Both the position numbers and the translations under genes were made by a program. The notes below the pieces were generated by a model that saw nothing but the letters and a program-made list of their open reading frames with translations, did not search any database and had not been told where the DNA came from. Shown piece by piece: positions 1-10,525 of a stretch of 64,000 nucleotides of DNA (its first letter is position 1; the number at the start of each line of letters is the position of its first letter). The DNA is from Malacoraja senta. Its lineage: Eukaryota. The stretch is from contig CM076001.1 of assembly GCA_038087875.1 (NCBI GenBank), forward strand, positions 560,001 through 624,000, given 5' to 3'.

Positions 1-2484
1 GGTGGCTCGAGTACTGGGAAAAATTAGTAGATTCCCAGCAGTCCAGTATGGACCATTATATTATCAACAGCTGCAGAGAATCGAAGAACAGGCACTGAGA
101 GTAAATGCTGGTCATTTTGATAGAACCATGCAAGTAACAACAAATGCTGTTTATAATCTGCAGTGGTGGATTCTACATGTCTCAAGCAGTTCAGGCAAAG
201 TGCTGATTGAACAACCTTCCATGATATTACAAACTGATGCCAGTGCACTAGGATGGGGTGCAACTGACTTAACATCGAGCTGCGGAGGCAGATGGAATCA
301 GGAAAAGTTAGTGTTACTGCAGACATGGGGAATTACCTATTTGGAGCTTTTAGGAGGTTTCTATGGACTCTAAGCTTATGGTTCTAACACAACTAAAAGG
401 AAGGTTCAAGTTCAAATTAATAAACACAACAGTAGTTGCCTATATTAATGATATGGGTGGAATTAAGTCGGTGTCATGTGACAAAATGGTTAAATCAACT
501 TTGGTCTTGGTGTATTGAAAAGAACATTTGGATTTCAGCTATCTATCTACCAGGTAGAATGAATACGATAGCAGACACCAGGTCACGAAAAGTTCCATGA
601 TAATAAAGAATGGATGTTGAATCAAGAGGTATTCAATGATATAGTAATCAGATTTGGAATGACCGACATCGACTTGAATCATCAGCTACCGAGATATGTC
701 TCATGAAAACCAGATCCAGGAGCAGTGGCGATTGATGCTTTCTCGCTAGATTGGGGTGGTATGTTTTCATATATATGTCCACCTTTCTGCCTCATAAGCC
801 AATGTTTGCTTAAAATCAGGCAAGATGCTGCTTCAAGGGTATTGGTAGTACCAGATTGGCCTACACAGCCATGGTATCCGTTGATATTAGAATTAACAAC
901 ACAAATGTTGATGAAAGTCCCAAAAAAGAGTAATTTATTGCTGCACCCTGTACAGGGGAACAACATCCATTATATGATCGTTTGGATTTGTTGATTTGCA
1001 GGTTTTAAGAATGCCTTTTCTGGGATGAGGACTGTCTGAGCATACTGTGGACATGCTTACGGCAGCCTGGAGGAAGAGCACTCAAAAACAGTACCTTATA
1101 TTAAGAAATGGGAAGAGTTCTGTGTACAAAAGAATGTGCAATAAAGTACTGCAGATATTTCAAATTTTTAGAATTTCTGTCAAAACTTTATTATGATGAA
1201 GGTCTGAGTTGTAGTGCAATTAATTCAGCCAGAAGTGCATTGTCCTCATATTTGGTTCTGGATTCAGAAATAAACTCAATTGGGTCACACACAATTGTTT
1301 CCAGACTAATGAAAGAAAACTTTAATTCCAAACCACCGAAACCTAGGTACGTGACAATCTGGGATGTAAGTGTGGTACTGAAACTACTTCGTGAATGGTC
1401 ATCAAGTGTGTCTTTACCTTTGGTCAAGCTCAGTATGAAAGTATTCATGCTTATGGCATGAGTGACAGCACAACGAGTGCAAACACTTGGAAAATTACAA
1501 ATAGACAGTATGGAAGTAACTGAAGACAAGGTTACATTCTATATCTATGACCTACTAAAGTAAATTAGGCCAGGTGTGACAGGATTTAAAATTATGCTAG
1601 CAGCATATCCAAATGATCCATGTCTCTGTATTAAGACATATTTATTACAATACATTGAGGTCACAAAGAATTTGAGAATACGGAAACTGGGTTGTTGATC
1701 ACACACAAGAAACCACACAAGAGAGTTTCAATACAGACTATTTCCAGATGGATAAAAGAAGTCTTAACAGCTGCTGGTATTAACACTTATGTTTTTACGT
1801 CTCACTCGACTAGGGAAGCAGAAACGTCGGCGGCCAGGGCAAAAGACGGCCCCGTCGACCATATCCTCGCAGCCGCCGGGTGGTCCAATGAGTTGATGTT
1901 TCAACATTTTTACCATCGGCCTATTGTTAATGCGGGGTTGTTTGCAGAAACTATTTTAAGTTCTGTTTAAATTCCTCTGGTTTAAAGGGCATCTGATTCA
2001 TTTCATTATTGAAATGAATTACTGCATTTGTGGTACAAATGTTATTATGAATGCATGATTGATTATTCTCGTTCCGAGTCAATCTATGCAGTGAGAAGCC
2101 GGGATTGATCCATGGCATGAAATCACAAAGCTTTAAAATCTTCACGTAGTCACTCACGTGACTCCGAAGTAAAATAGTAAGATTAAACGAGAACTTACCT
2201 AAGTTTGAAGTTTGATCTTTATTTTATGAGGAGTTACGTAGGTGATTATGTGCCCACCACGACCCTACCCTCTATCATAAAGGTCAGATGGAAGTTCTTG
2301 TATTACTCGTTTTATTATGAGACTATATTACTTCGGTTGTTGTTTCTTGTGATTTCACACCGCTGCTTTGAAGATTGACGCGCAGGCGCACTGGCGGGGT
2401 TCTTCACGTAATCACCTACGTAACTCCTCATAAAATAAAGATCAAACTTCAAACTTAGGTAAGTTCTCGTTTAATCTTACTATT
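1..2484 (+). mobile_element. DIRS1-like tyrosine-recombinase retrotransposon, 3' part (copy A), degenerate
   Basis: The ORF fragments run in DIRS order: RNase H (LQTDASALGWGA, 2-373), MTase-like domain (IDAFSLDW..YICPPF..VVPDWPTQPWY, 725-994) and tyrosine recombinase (SAINSARSALS; HSTR..AAAGWS..FQHFY, 1108-1970). The ICR at ~2139-2252 is complementary to the right terminus at 2405-2484, which ends ...CTTACTATT. Confidence 0.93.
1108..1970 (+). pseudogene. DIRS tyrosine recombinase, disrupted by stops and frameshifts
   Basis: Split ORFs 1108-1461 and 1692-1970 carry the HSTR motif and the C-terminal W..F..FY catalytic segment. Confidence 0.88.
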
Positions 2485-2848
2485 CAGATTGGGAGACTGA
2501 CTTGGCCACTCAAGAATTGACAATTTTTTAGCTTTGAAAACTCCTTTGTTGCTTTAGCAGTATGTTTGGGATCATTGTCTTGCGGTAGAATGAACTGCCG
2601 GCCAATGAGTTTTGAGGCATTTGTTTGAACTTGAGCAGATAGGATGTGTCTATGCACTTCAGAATTCATTATGCTACTACCATCAGCAGTTGTATCATTA
2701 ATGAAGATAAGTGAGCCAGTACGTTCAGCAGCCATACATGCCCAGGCCATAACACCCCCACCACCGTGTTTCACAGATGAGGTGGTACGCTTTGGATCTT
2801 GGGCAATTCCTTCTCTCCTCCATACTTTGCTCTTGCCATCACTCTGAT
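2485..2848 (-). mobile_element. Tc1/mariner transposase fragment (DD34E region)
   Basis: Translation SVKHGGGGVMAWACM...QDNDPKHTAK, with EWPSQSPNLN in a shifted frame up to the DIRS junction. Confidence 0.9.
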
Positions 2849-3246
2849 ATAGAAAATAGGTGCAGGAAGAGGCCATTCGGCCCTTCGAGCCAGCACCACC
2901 ATTCCTTGTGATCATGGCTGATCGTCCCCAATCAATAACCTGTGCCTGCCTTCTCCCCATATCCCTTGATTCCACTAGCCCCTCGAGCTCTATCTAACTC
3001 TCTCTTAAATTCATCCAGTGATTTGGCCTCCACTGCCCTCTGTGGCAGGGAATTCCACAAATTCACAACTCTGGGTGAAAACGTTTTTTCTCACCTGTCT
3101 TAAATGGCCTCTGCTTTATTCTAAGACTGTGGCCCTTGGTTCTGGACTCGCCCAACATTGGGAACATTTTTCCTGCATCTAGCTTGTCCAGTCCTTTTAG
3201 AATTTTATATGTTTCTATAAGATTCCCCCTCATCTTTCTAAACTCC
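2849..3246 (-). mobile_element. CR1 LINE 3' fragment inserted in Tc1
   Basis: MRGNLIETYKILKGLDKLDAGKMFP..RTKGHSLRI, followed by the typical CR1 3'UTR (gggccgaatggcct..cctattttctat). Confidence 0.9.
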
Positions 3247-3299
3247 TTGTTTGGTTTAAAACCACCCGTGTAGCAGTGGCAAACCTGCCTGCCAGAATG

Positions 3300-3618
3300 C
3301 CGGTCCCCCATATAAGTTAATCTTCGTCTCATCTGTCCACAAGACCTTTTTCAAGAACTGTGGTTGCTCTTTTAAGTATTTCTTGGCAAACTGTAACCTG
3401 ACCATCTTATTTTAGTGGTTAATCAGTGGTTTGCATCTTGCGGTGTAGCCTCTGTATTTCTGTTCATGAAGTCTTCTGCGGACAGTGGTCATTGACAAAT
3501 TCGCACCTGACTCCTGAATAGTGTTTCTGATCTGTTGGACAGGTGTTTGGGGATTTTTCTCCATTGTAGAAAGAATTCTTCTGTCATCAGCTGTGGAGGT
3601 ATTCCTTGGCCTGCCAGT
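3300..3618 (-). mobile_element. Tc1 transposase fragment (HTH region), probably the same element as 2485-2848
   Basis: STGRPRNTSTADDRRI..TTVRRRLHEQKYRGYTARCKPLI matches the Tc1 DNA-binding region. Confidence 0.85.
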
Positions 3619-4856
3619 CGATGACTGCATTGGTGCTACCTCCTGCACCCACACACAACTCACTGACTTCATCCATTTCACCACTAACTTCCATTCGGCA
3701 CTCAAATACACCTGAACCATTTCCGACATTTCCCTACCATTTCTTGACCTCACTAACTCCATCGCAGGTGATAGACTCCTGACCGACATCCACTATAAAC
3801 CCACTGACTCCCATGGGTATCTGGATTACATTTCTTCCCACCCTGCTTCCTGTAAGGACTCCATCCCCTTCTCCCAATTCCCCCGTCTACGCTGCATCTG
3901 CACCCTGAATGAGGTGATCCACACCAGGGCATCGGAGATGCCCTCATTCTTCAGGGAACGGGGGTTCTCCTCTTCTACAATAGATGAGGCTCTCACCAGG
4001 GTCTCTTTTATATACCATGACTCTGCTCTCACTCCCCATCCCCCCACTCGTAACAAGGGCAGAGTCCCCCTAGTTCTCACCTTCTACCCTACCAGCCGTC
4101 ACATACAACAAATAATCCTCCGACATTTTCACCACCTCCAACAAGATCCCACCACTTGCCACATCTTCCCATCTCCTCTCCTGTCTGCTTTCCGCAGAGA
4201 CCGCTCCCTCCGTAAGTCCCTGATCAATTCATCCCTTCCCACCCGAACCACCTCCACTTTCCCTTGCAACCACAAGAAATGCTACACTTGTCGCTTCACC
4301 TCCCCCCTTGACTCCATTCAAGGACCCAAGCAGTCTTTCCTGGTGCAGCAGATTTATCTATTTATTCCGCTGCTCCAGATGTCAGCTGATCTACATCGGT
4401 GAGACCAAGCGTAGGCTTGGCGATCGCTTCGCCGCACACCTTCGCTCGGTTCGCAATAACCAAACTGATCTCCCAGTGGCTCAGCACTTCAACTCCCCCT
4501 CCCATTCCGAATCCGACCTTTCTGTCCTGGGCCTCCTCCATGGCCAGAGTGAGGACCACCATAAATTTGAGGAGCAGCACCTCATATTTCGCTTGGGCAT
4601 TTTGCACCCCAGCGGTATGAACATTGACCTCTAATTTCAGGTAATCCTTACTTTCTCCTCCACTTCTCAGCTCTCGGCCTACTGGTTCCACCTCTTCCTT
4701 TCTTCTTCCCGCCTCCCCCCCCCCTCACATCAGTCTGAAGAAGGGTTTCGACCCGAAACATTGCCTATTTCCTTCGCTCCATAGATGCTGCCTCACCCGC
4801 TGACTTTCTCCAGCATTTTTGTCTACCTTCAATTTTCCAGCTTCTGCAGTTCCATT
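3619..4856 (+). mobile_element. Penelope-like element, 5'-truncated (RT C-terminus, GIY-YIG endonuclease, 3' terminal repeat with hammerhead core)
   Basis: IYLFRCSRCQLIYIGETKRRLGDRFAAH..PVAQHFN..EQHLIFRLG...PSGMN is GIY-YIG-like. The 3' end contains CTGAAGAAGGGTTTCGACCCGAAAC. Confidence 0.9.
4731..4765 (+). ncRNA. Minimal type-I hammerhead ribozyme-like motif in the Penelope terminal repeat
   Basis: CUGAAGA-A-GGGU(UUCG)ACCC-GAAAC. Stem I is short and the triplet is AUU, so activity is uncertain. Confidence 0.65.
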
Positions 4857-4964
4857 ATAAACAAACTGAATGCACCCAGAATGCTTTGGTAAACAGCTGA
4901 ACACTTTCAAGATTTTATATTTCACCTCACCGGTTTTACTATGGAGCAATCGCGATCCCCGTAC

Positions 4965-5372
4965 AGGGCCGGTCCCACCAGTATGCGACTGCATGCGGCG
5001 AGCGCGACCAAACCGGAAGCGGGGGCCGCGCGGAGGTCGAGTGAGTGACGTGAAGTTCGAGTGAAGTCCGCGGGAAGTTCGCTCGTGACGTACGGCGTCA
5101 AGACGCTGCGTACGGCGTCGAGACGCTGCGCACACCCGTCGAGGCATTGCGTACGCCGTCGAGGCGGCTGCGGGCCGACAGGCCGTTGCCGCACGGAATT
5201 TTTGAACAGTGTCAGTTTTTCGGAGCCCCGCGCGATGTCGGGACCAGCTCCGCACAACTTCATACGGCTCCGGCGATCGAAGTGGGACCGGCCCCGCGAG
5301 GCCGTACGGCTCAAGCGACCACGTTAGGGTCGCGCTTGCCGCATGCAGTCGCATGCTCGTGGGACAGGCCCT
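4965..5372. mobile_element. Harbinger/PIF-type MITE, GC-rich
   Basis: ~45-bp terminal inverted repeats (TIRs): AGGGCCGGTCCCACCAGTATGCGACTGCATGCGGC... and ...GCCGCATGCAGTCGCATGCTCGTGGGACAGGCCCT. Confidence 0.75.
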
Positions 5373-5763
5373 TTACTGACTTTAGGGACCAACCAATTTG
5401 AAGTAGCAGCTAAAGAAAGAAGTCCATGAAACTGGGCGAAAAGAGGCAAATCCCAAATCACTAATCCTGCCAAACTGTGTCAACTCAAAGAAAAAAAGCC
5501 TGGTGGGTGGTTCAGATATGTCTGCTCCAAAAATATTCTTTGACTGAATCTTTTATATATGTGGTCTTTTTTAACTATTATTCTTGCTACAAAAATATCC
5601 ATTCTTAATTTCACCTGGGTGGTAAAATGTTATGAATCCATTTGATTGATTTGTCAACAATCATTTCTCTCTGATGAATTGGTGCATTATTTGGTGATAC
5701 ATTGCTAGTTATTCTTGTGCTGCAGAAATCACAGTAGCATCTGCTGGAGCTCGTGATGTTTAC

Positions 5764-6060
5764 TTTAGTTTAGTTTAGTTTAGAGATTCAGTGTTGAAAC
5801 CAGCCCTTTGGCCGACCATCAATCATCCATAGATTAGTCCTATGTTATCCCAGTTTTGCATCCTATACACTTTACAGTTTACAAAAGCCAATTAACCTAC
5901 AAACCTGCACATCTTTGAAAGTGATAAGAAACAGGATCACCCAGAGAAAACCCACACGGTCACAGGGAGAATGTACAAATTCCGTACAGACAGCACCCGT
6001 AGTCAGGATTGAACTCGGGTCTCTATGGCGGTAAGGCAGCAACTCTACCGCTGCGCCACA
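5764..6060 (-). mobile_element. tRNA-derived SINE (HE1/V-SINE-like)
   Basis: A-box head GTGGCGCAGCGGTAGAG, B-box-like GAGTTCAATCC, conserved core and (TAAAC)n tail. Confidence 0.88.
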
Positions 6061-6599
6061 AAAAAAATGTTTCCGCCATCACATGTCGCTGGCAATGTAT
6101 CTTCATATCTATATGGTCCGGTCCAGGAACGCTGAGGCCCTGTACAAGAAGGGACAGAGCCGGCTGTACTTTTTGGAAATATTTAAGGAAATAAAAACAA
6201 AAGGTGTTATCTTGCAAGGAAAAGTAGAGCAGCAGAGAAGTATAATTCCATGTATGCAATTTCATGCATGTGAATGCACTCTGAACTTTGTATCGGAACT
6301 GATACGTTGTATTACCCGGCCAACACACAGAACCATTCTGGAAGAATAAACACATTGCTCAGCCACATGTCTTAGTCTGGAAGTTACATTAATAAGCCAG
6401 TTCAGTATTCCAAAAAACACAAGGAATCATGGGATTTGTCAAAGGTCATTAGAGAATTAAAAAAGCGAATGGGGTGCTTGATAGCGGGGGAGAGCGGGGT
6501 GTAACAGCGAGAGAGAGGGGGCAGATGCGAGTGGGAGGCAGGGAGAGACGGTGAGAGGTGGGGGAAGTGAAGTTTCAGTTAGACAGACAACCACTGGTA

Positions 6600-7480
6600 A
6601 AGCCATGGCTCGTTGCTTCTAGGAGAGTCGAGAAAATGTCCTCAATCGAGAGAATGCAATTTCAGAACCCCCTTGTCTCAACCGCGCTGGAGATTTCCGC
6701 AGGCGCAAGGAACAAATGACCTAAAGTTTGCATTGAGTGAACTGAGTGTTAATACCGTCCTCGTCGTACACCGGCATTTTGTGAGAGTGGTTGGATCCCG
6801 GGATCCAGGGAGGAGTCGGCGGCCGACAGGTGAGCGGCCCGCGGTAGCTGGTGCCGCGGTAGCTGACACCTCTACTCCCGGGTCGGGCGCTGCTTCCTCG
6901 ATCCCGCTGCTCGGCGGCGGCCGACTAGAATTCCAGAGCATCGGCGATGCCTCACATCAACTCCTGATCCCCCGCTGCCTGTCCGGATAATGTGACAGAC
7001 GTTGGTTGAGCTGAAGCAGGGATCCAACCACTCTCACGAAACGCCGGTGTATGGCGAGGACGTTAAGAACACTCAGTTCACTCAACACAAACTAGGTTAT
7101 TTGTTCCTTGCACCCGCGGATATCCCCGCTCCCATCCATCCCAACCACGGCGCAAAAATGCTAATGTGTAGGAAGTCTGAAGGAGGGTCTTCTATGCGGA
7201 GGTCCGTGGACTGGAGTGTCGTCCCAGGCCCGCAGCCAGCGAGGAGGGGAGGCGCCAGCCCCAGCTCGACTTTGCTTGTCCCGCCGGCGCAACACTCCCC
7301 CCCTCCCCCCCGCTCGCTCCGCTGCTCCGGACGGGACACTTGGGAGGGGATGGCCCAGCGGCAGCTAGTTAGGGACGAGGCGCAGGTCTGCACCCGTGCA
7401 GTGGAACGGTCGCCGAAAGTGTTTATCCTGAGCGACCCATGACCTGTGCATGCGCAGTCGGAATACCGAACTGGCTTATA
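6600..7480. promoter_or_regulatory. CpG island, probable host promoter or first exon (gene not identified)
   Basis: CpG-dense and not repeat-like. It has an NRF1-like TGTGCATGCGCA near 7445-7456 and a + strand splice donor GACAG|GTGAGC at 6829/6830. Confidence 0.55.
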
Positions 7481-7514
7481 GACATTGGCCTGGAAACTAA
7501 ACATGACAAGATTA

Positions 7515-7848
7515 GGAGATAGAGAGAATATGAGAGAGAGAGAGAGAGGGAGAATATGAGAGAGGGAGAGAGAGAGAAAGGGGGAGAGTGAGAGGGGGAG
7601 GGGGAGGGGGAGGGAGGGAGAGAGGGGGAGGGAGAGAGGGGGAGAGAGAGGGGGGAGAGAGAGGGGGGAGAGAGAGGGGGAAGAGAGAGAGGGGGAAGAG
7701 AGAGAAGGGGAAGAGAGAGAAGGGGAAGAGAGAGGAGGAAGAGAGGGGGAAGAGAGAGGGGGAGAGAGCGAGAGAGAGAGGGGGGAGAGAGAGGGGGAGA
7801 AAGAGGGAGGGAGGGCGGGGAGAGGGGGGGGGAGGGAAGGGGGGGTGG
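7515..7848 (+). repeat. GA-rich polypurine low-complexity tract
   Basis: Almost entirely G and A. Confidence 0.95.
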
Positions 7849-8149
7849 AATATGAGCAAATATTTTTTGGTGGGGAAGAAGAGAGAACTGTTGAATCAGG
7901 GGCCGAATGTTGAAAATATAGGAAAAGAAATCAAGTGGATGGTGGACATAAAGTGCTGGAGTAACTCAGCGGGACAGGCAGCATCGCTGGATAGAAAGAA
8001 TGGGTGACGTTTTGGATTGAGACCTTCCTTCCTACATATCAAGCAGATGGTGCCTAGCATGATGTTTCAAAATCAGCTGGTGGGTGATAGATGGAATTAG
8101 ATACGAAGATTAGAACCTAGGTGGACCTGTAGTAGTGACATGTCAGGAA

Positions 8150-8800
8150 ATACGGCTTGCCCATCGACTGGTTAATAGAGCCCTACTCACTTATTCTCCA
8201 TTCCCCAGACAGAACGGAAACCTTTCACCCTATTAGCCTCCACATACAACACGCCATCCGTTGCCATTCCCCCCTCCTTCATCGGAATCCCACCACCAGT
8301 CACCTCTTCCCCCTTCTCTGCTTTCCGCAGGGACCACTCCCTCTGTGATTCCCTCGTCCACTCATCCCTCCCACATCCCTCCCCTGACACCATCGCCTGC
8401 AACCGCAGGAAGTACAGTATCTGTTCTCCCACTTCCCCCCACACCACCATCCAGGAACATACACGGCTTTATCAGGTGAGGCAGAGATTCACGGACATCT
8501 CGTCCAAACATATCAATTACATGTGCTCTCGACATGACCTCAAGATTAGTGGGATCAAGCATAGAGTCAACAACCATTTTGCTGAGCACCTACGTTGTGC
8601 CAGGAGCAGCCATCGAGAGCTTCTGGTTGCATGCCATTACAACTGCACTCTCCATTCCCACAACCACCCGTCCATCCTTGACCTGTCCTATTGTCAAGGT
8701 GAGAACAATCACAAACTAGAAGAACAATAACTCATAATACTCTTGGGCCGCCTAGAAACCAATTATATGAACATTGAATGTTACCATTTCAGGTGATTCA
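8150..8800 (+). mobile_element. Old Penelope-like fragment; its 3' end probably continues at ~9685-10150
   Basis: Degenerate GIY-YIG region (HFAEHLR..LVACHYN..HKLEEQ), with a decayed hammerhead/terminal repeat at ~10060-10150. Confidence 0.7.
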
Positions 8801-8912
8801 CTTCCTCTACAATCCTTCTCTATTCCTCCCTGGCATCTGAGTTCCTAAGTTCTCCCTCATTAGTCAACAGTGCTTTATTTGTCACTTATGCAACTGCACA
8901 GAGAAATTCATT

Positions 8913-8943
<31 letters not shown>

Positions 8944-8989
8944 TGTTTACCTGTTATATATCTCCTTATATATCTATCTATCTAAATAC

Positions 8990-9683
8990 CAGGGGGCGCC
9001 GCACGATGGCTGCCTCGCCAACGGGCTGTCTTCATCTTTTTCATTCTTTGTGTTTTTAGTTTGTTGTAAAATGTATGTTTTAGCTTATCTTTAGTTTTTG
9101 TGTAATGTGGGGGGTGGTGGGGGATTGGGGGAAACTTTTTAAATCTCTTTCCTCGACAGAGATGCGACTTTTTCTGTGTTGTATCTCCGTCCGCACTGTG
9201 GCCTAACATCGTGGAGCTGGTGGCCTCTTGTTGAGGACTTCTAGAGCTCCAAAACCGCGGAGTCTGCGGACTTTAACATGTCGGAGCGGGCGATCCCTTT
9301 GCCAGGGGTCGGCCTTTGGTGCTCCAACCTGAGGGAGCTGCGAACTTTAACATCGTGAAGCTCGCGGTCTCTGGTTAGGGACCGAATTCGAGATCTCCAA
9401 GCCGCAGGAGTTTCAACTGTCCAACATGGGAGCTCGATCACCGGCTGCAGATGGTTCGACTCCCCCGACCGTGGGAGGAAAGGAGGAAAGGAGGAAAGAA
9501 GATAATAATTTATTGCCTTCTACCACAGTGCAGAATGTGGAGGAGCCGCTGTGGTGGATGTTTATGTCAATTTCTTATGTAGTTGCGTGTCTTGTTGCAT
9601 TTTTGGTATGACTGTATGACAAACCAAATTCCTCATATGTTGCAAAACATACTTGGCTAATAAATTACGATGATGATTATGAC
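8990..9683 (+). mobile_element. Non-autonomous retroelement with GC-rich body and Rex1/L2-type tail
   Basis: Starts GGGGGCGCC..ATGGCTGCC and ends ...GGCTAATAAA plus a (TGA/TTA) tail. Related sequences occur at ~18505-18775(-) and ~38745-39510(-). Confidence 0.55.
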
Positions 9684-10224
9684 TATATATCTGCAGTTCT
9701 TACCCGTTTCCACTAATCACCCACCAGCCTCCGGCTCTAAATTAGTCCCTCCCCCACCAGGTTCCATCTGTCGACCTTCCCTCCTTGATCAGGTTCCACA
9801 TCACCTCCAGTCTCTGTCATTACCCTTCCCTTCCATCATGGCCCCTCCCCAACCTGACTCCATCTGCACATTTTTTGCTCTCATCTGTTTTCCATCTTTC
9901 ACACACCATCCTCTGACTTTAAACTCCACTCTTCCCTTTCTAGGCTCTATCTGTCTGTCATTCCCCCAACTCACTCATTTCCCCCAATCATCTACCACCC
10001 TCTGTCTCACCCCCTGCATTCTCACTTCATGATACTGGCCTCCCCCACTCTATACACCCAGTCCTGATGCAGCTTCTCAACCCAAAACAACAACCAACGC
10101 TTTGCCTCCACAGATGCTGCTCAACACAGAATCCTCCCGCATTGCTTTGTAGCCCCATAATATTGTTGAGGAAATGCCAAAGCACTAATGACAATAAACT
10201 AACAACCATATGTACAGATTGATT

Positions 10225-10525
10225 GATCGATTTAAAGATACAGCATGGAAACAGGCCCTTCAGTCCACTGAGTCCATACTTACCATCAAGTATCTGTTCA
10301 CACCAATTCTATGCTAGCCCACTTTCCCATTCACTCCAAACACACTAGTGGCAATTTACAGATGCCCAATTAACCTACAAACCCACATCTCTTTGGGATG
10401 TGGGAGGAAAAGGGAGTGCCCAGACGAAACCCATGCAGTTACACAGAGACACGTGCAAACTCCACACAGAGAGCACACGAGTTAGGATCGAACCCTGGTC
10501 TCTGGCATTGTGAGGCAGCCACTGT
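10225..10525 (-). mobile_element. tRNA-derived SINE (HE1/V-SINE-like), diverged
   Basis: Shares core and tail with the other copies. Confidence 0.8.

Noticed and set aside
725..1970. Adenine methyltransferase-like and phage-integrase-like ORFs, suggesting phage or bacterial DNA
   Set aside because: These are standard DIRS1 domains, in the expected order and bounded by DIRS termini.
4725..5401. Several overlapping Arg-rich ORFs
   Set aside because: They come from GC-rich MITE sequence with few stop codons and show no domain similarity.
6756..6777. Candidate first coding exon ATGCCGGTGTACGACGAGGACG|GTATT (MPVYDED) on minus
   Set aside because: The donor is weak, I do not recognise the peptide, and it lies within the inverted-repeat arm. 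It cannot be supported without transcripts.
7512..8007. G/R/E-rich and P/L/S-rich ORFs
   Set aside because: They are translations of a GA low-complexity tract.
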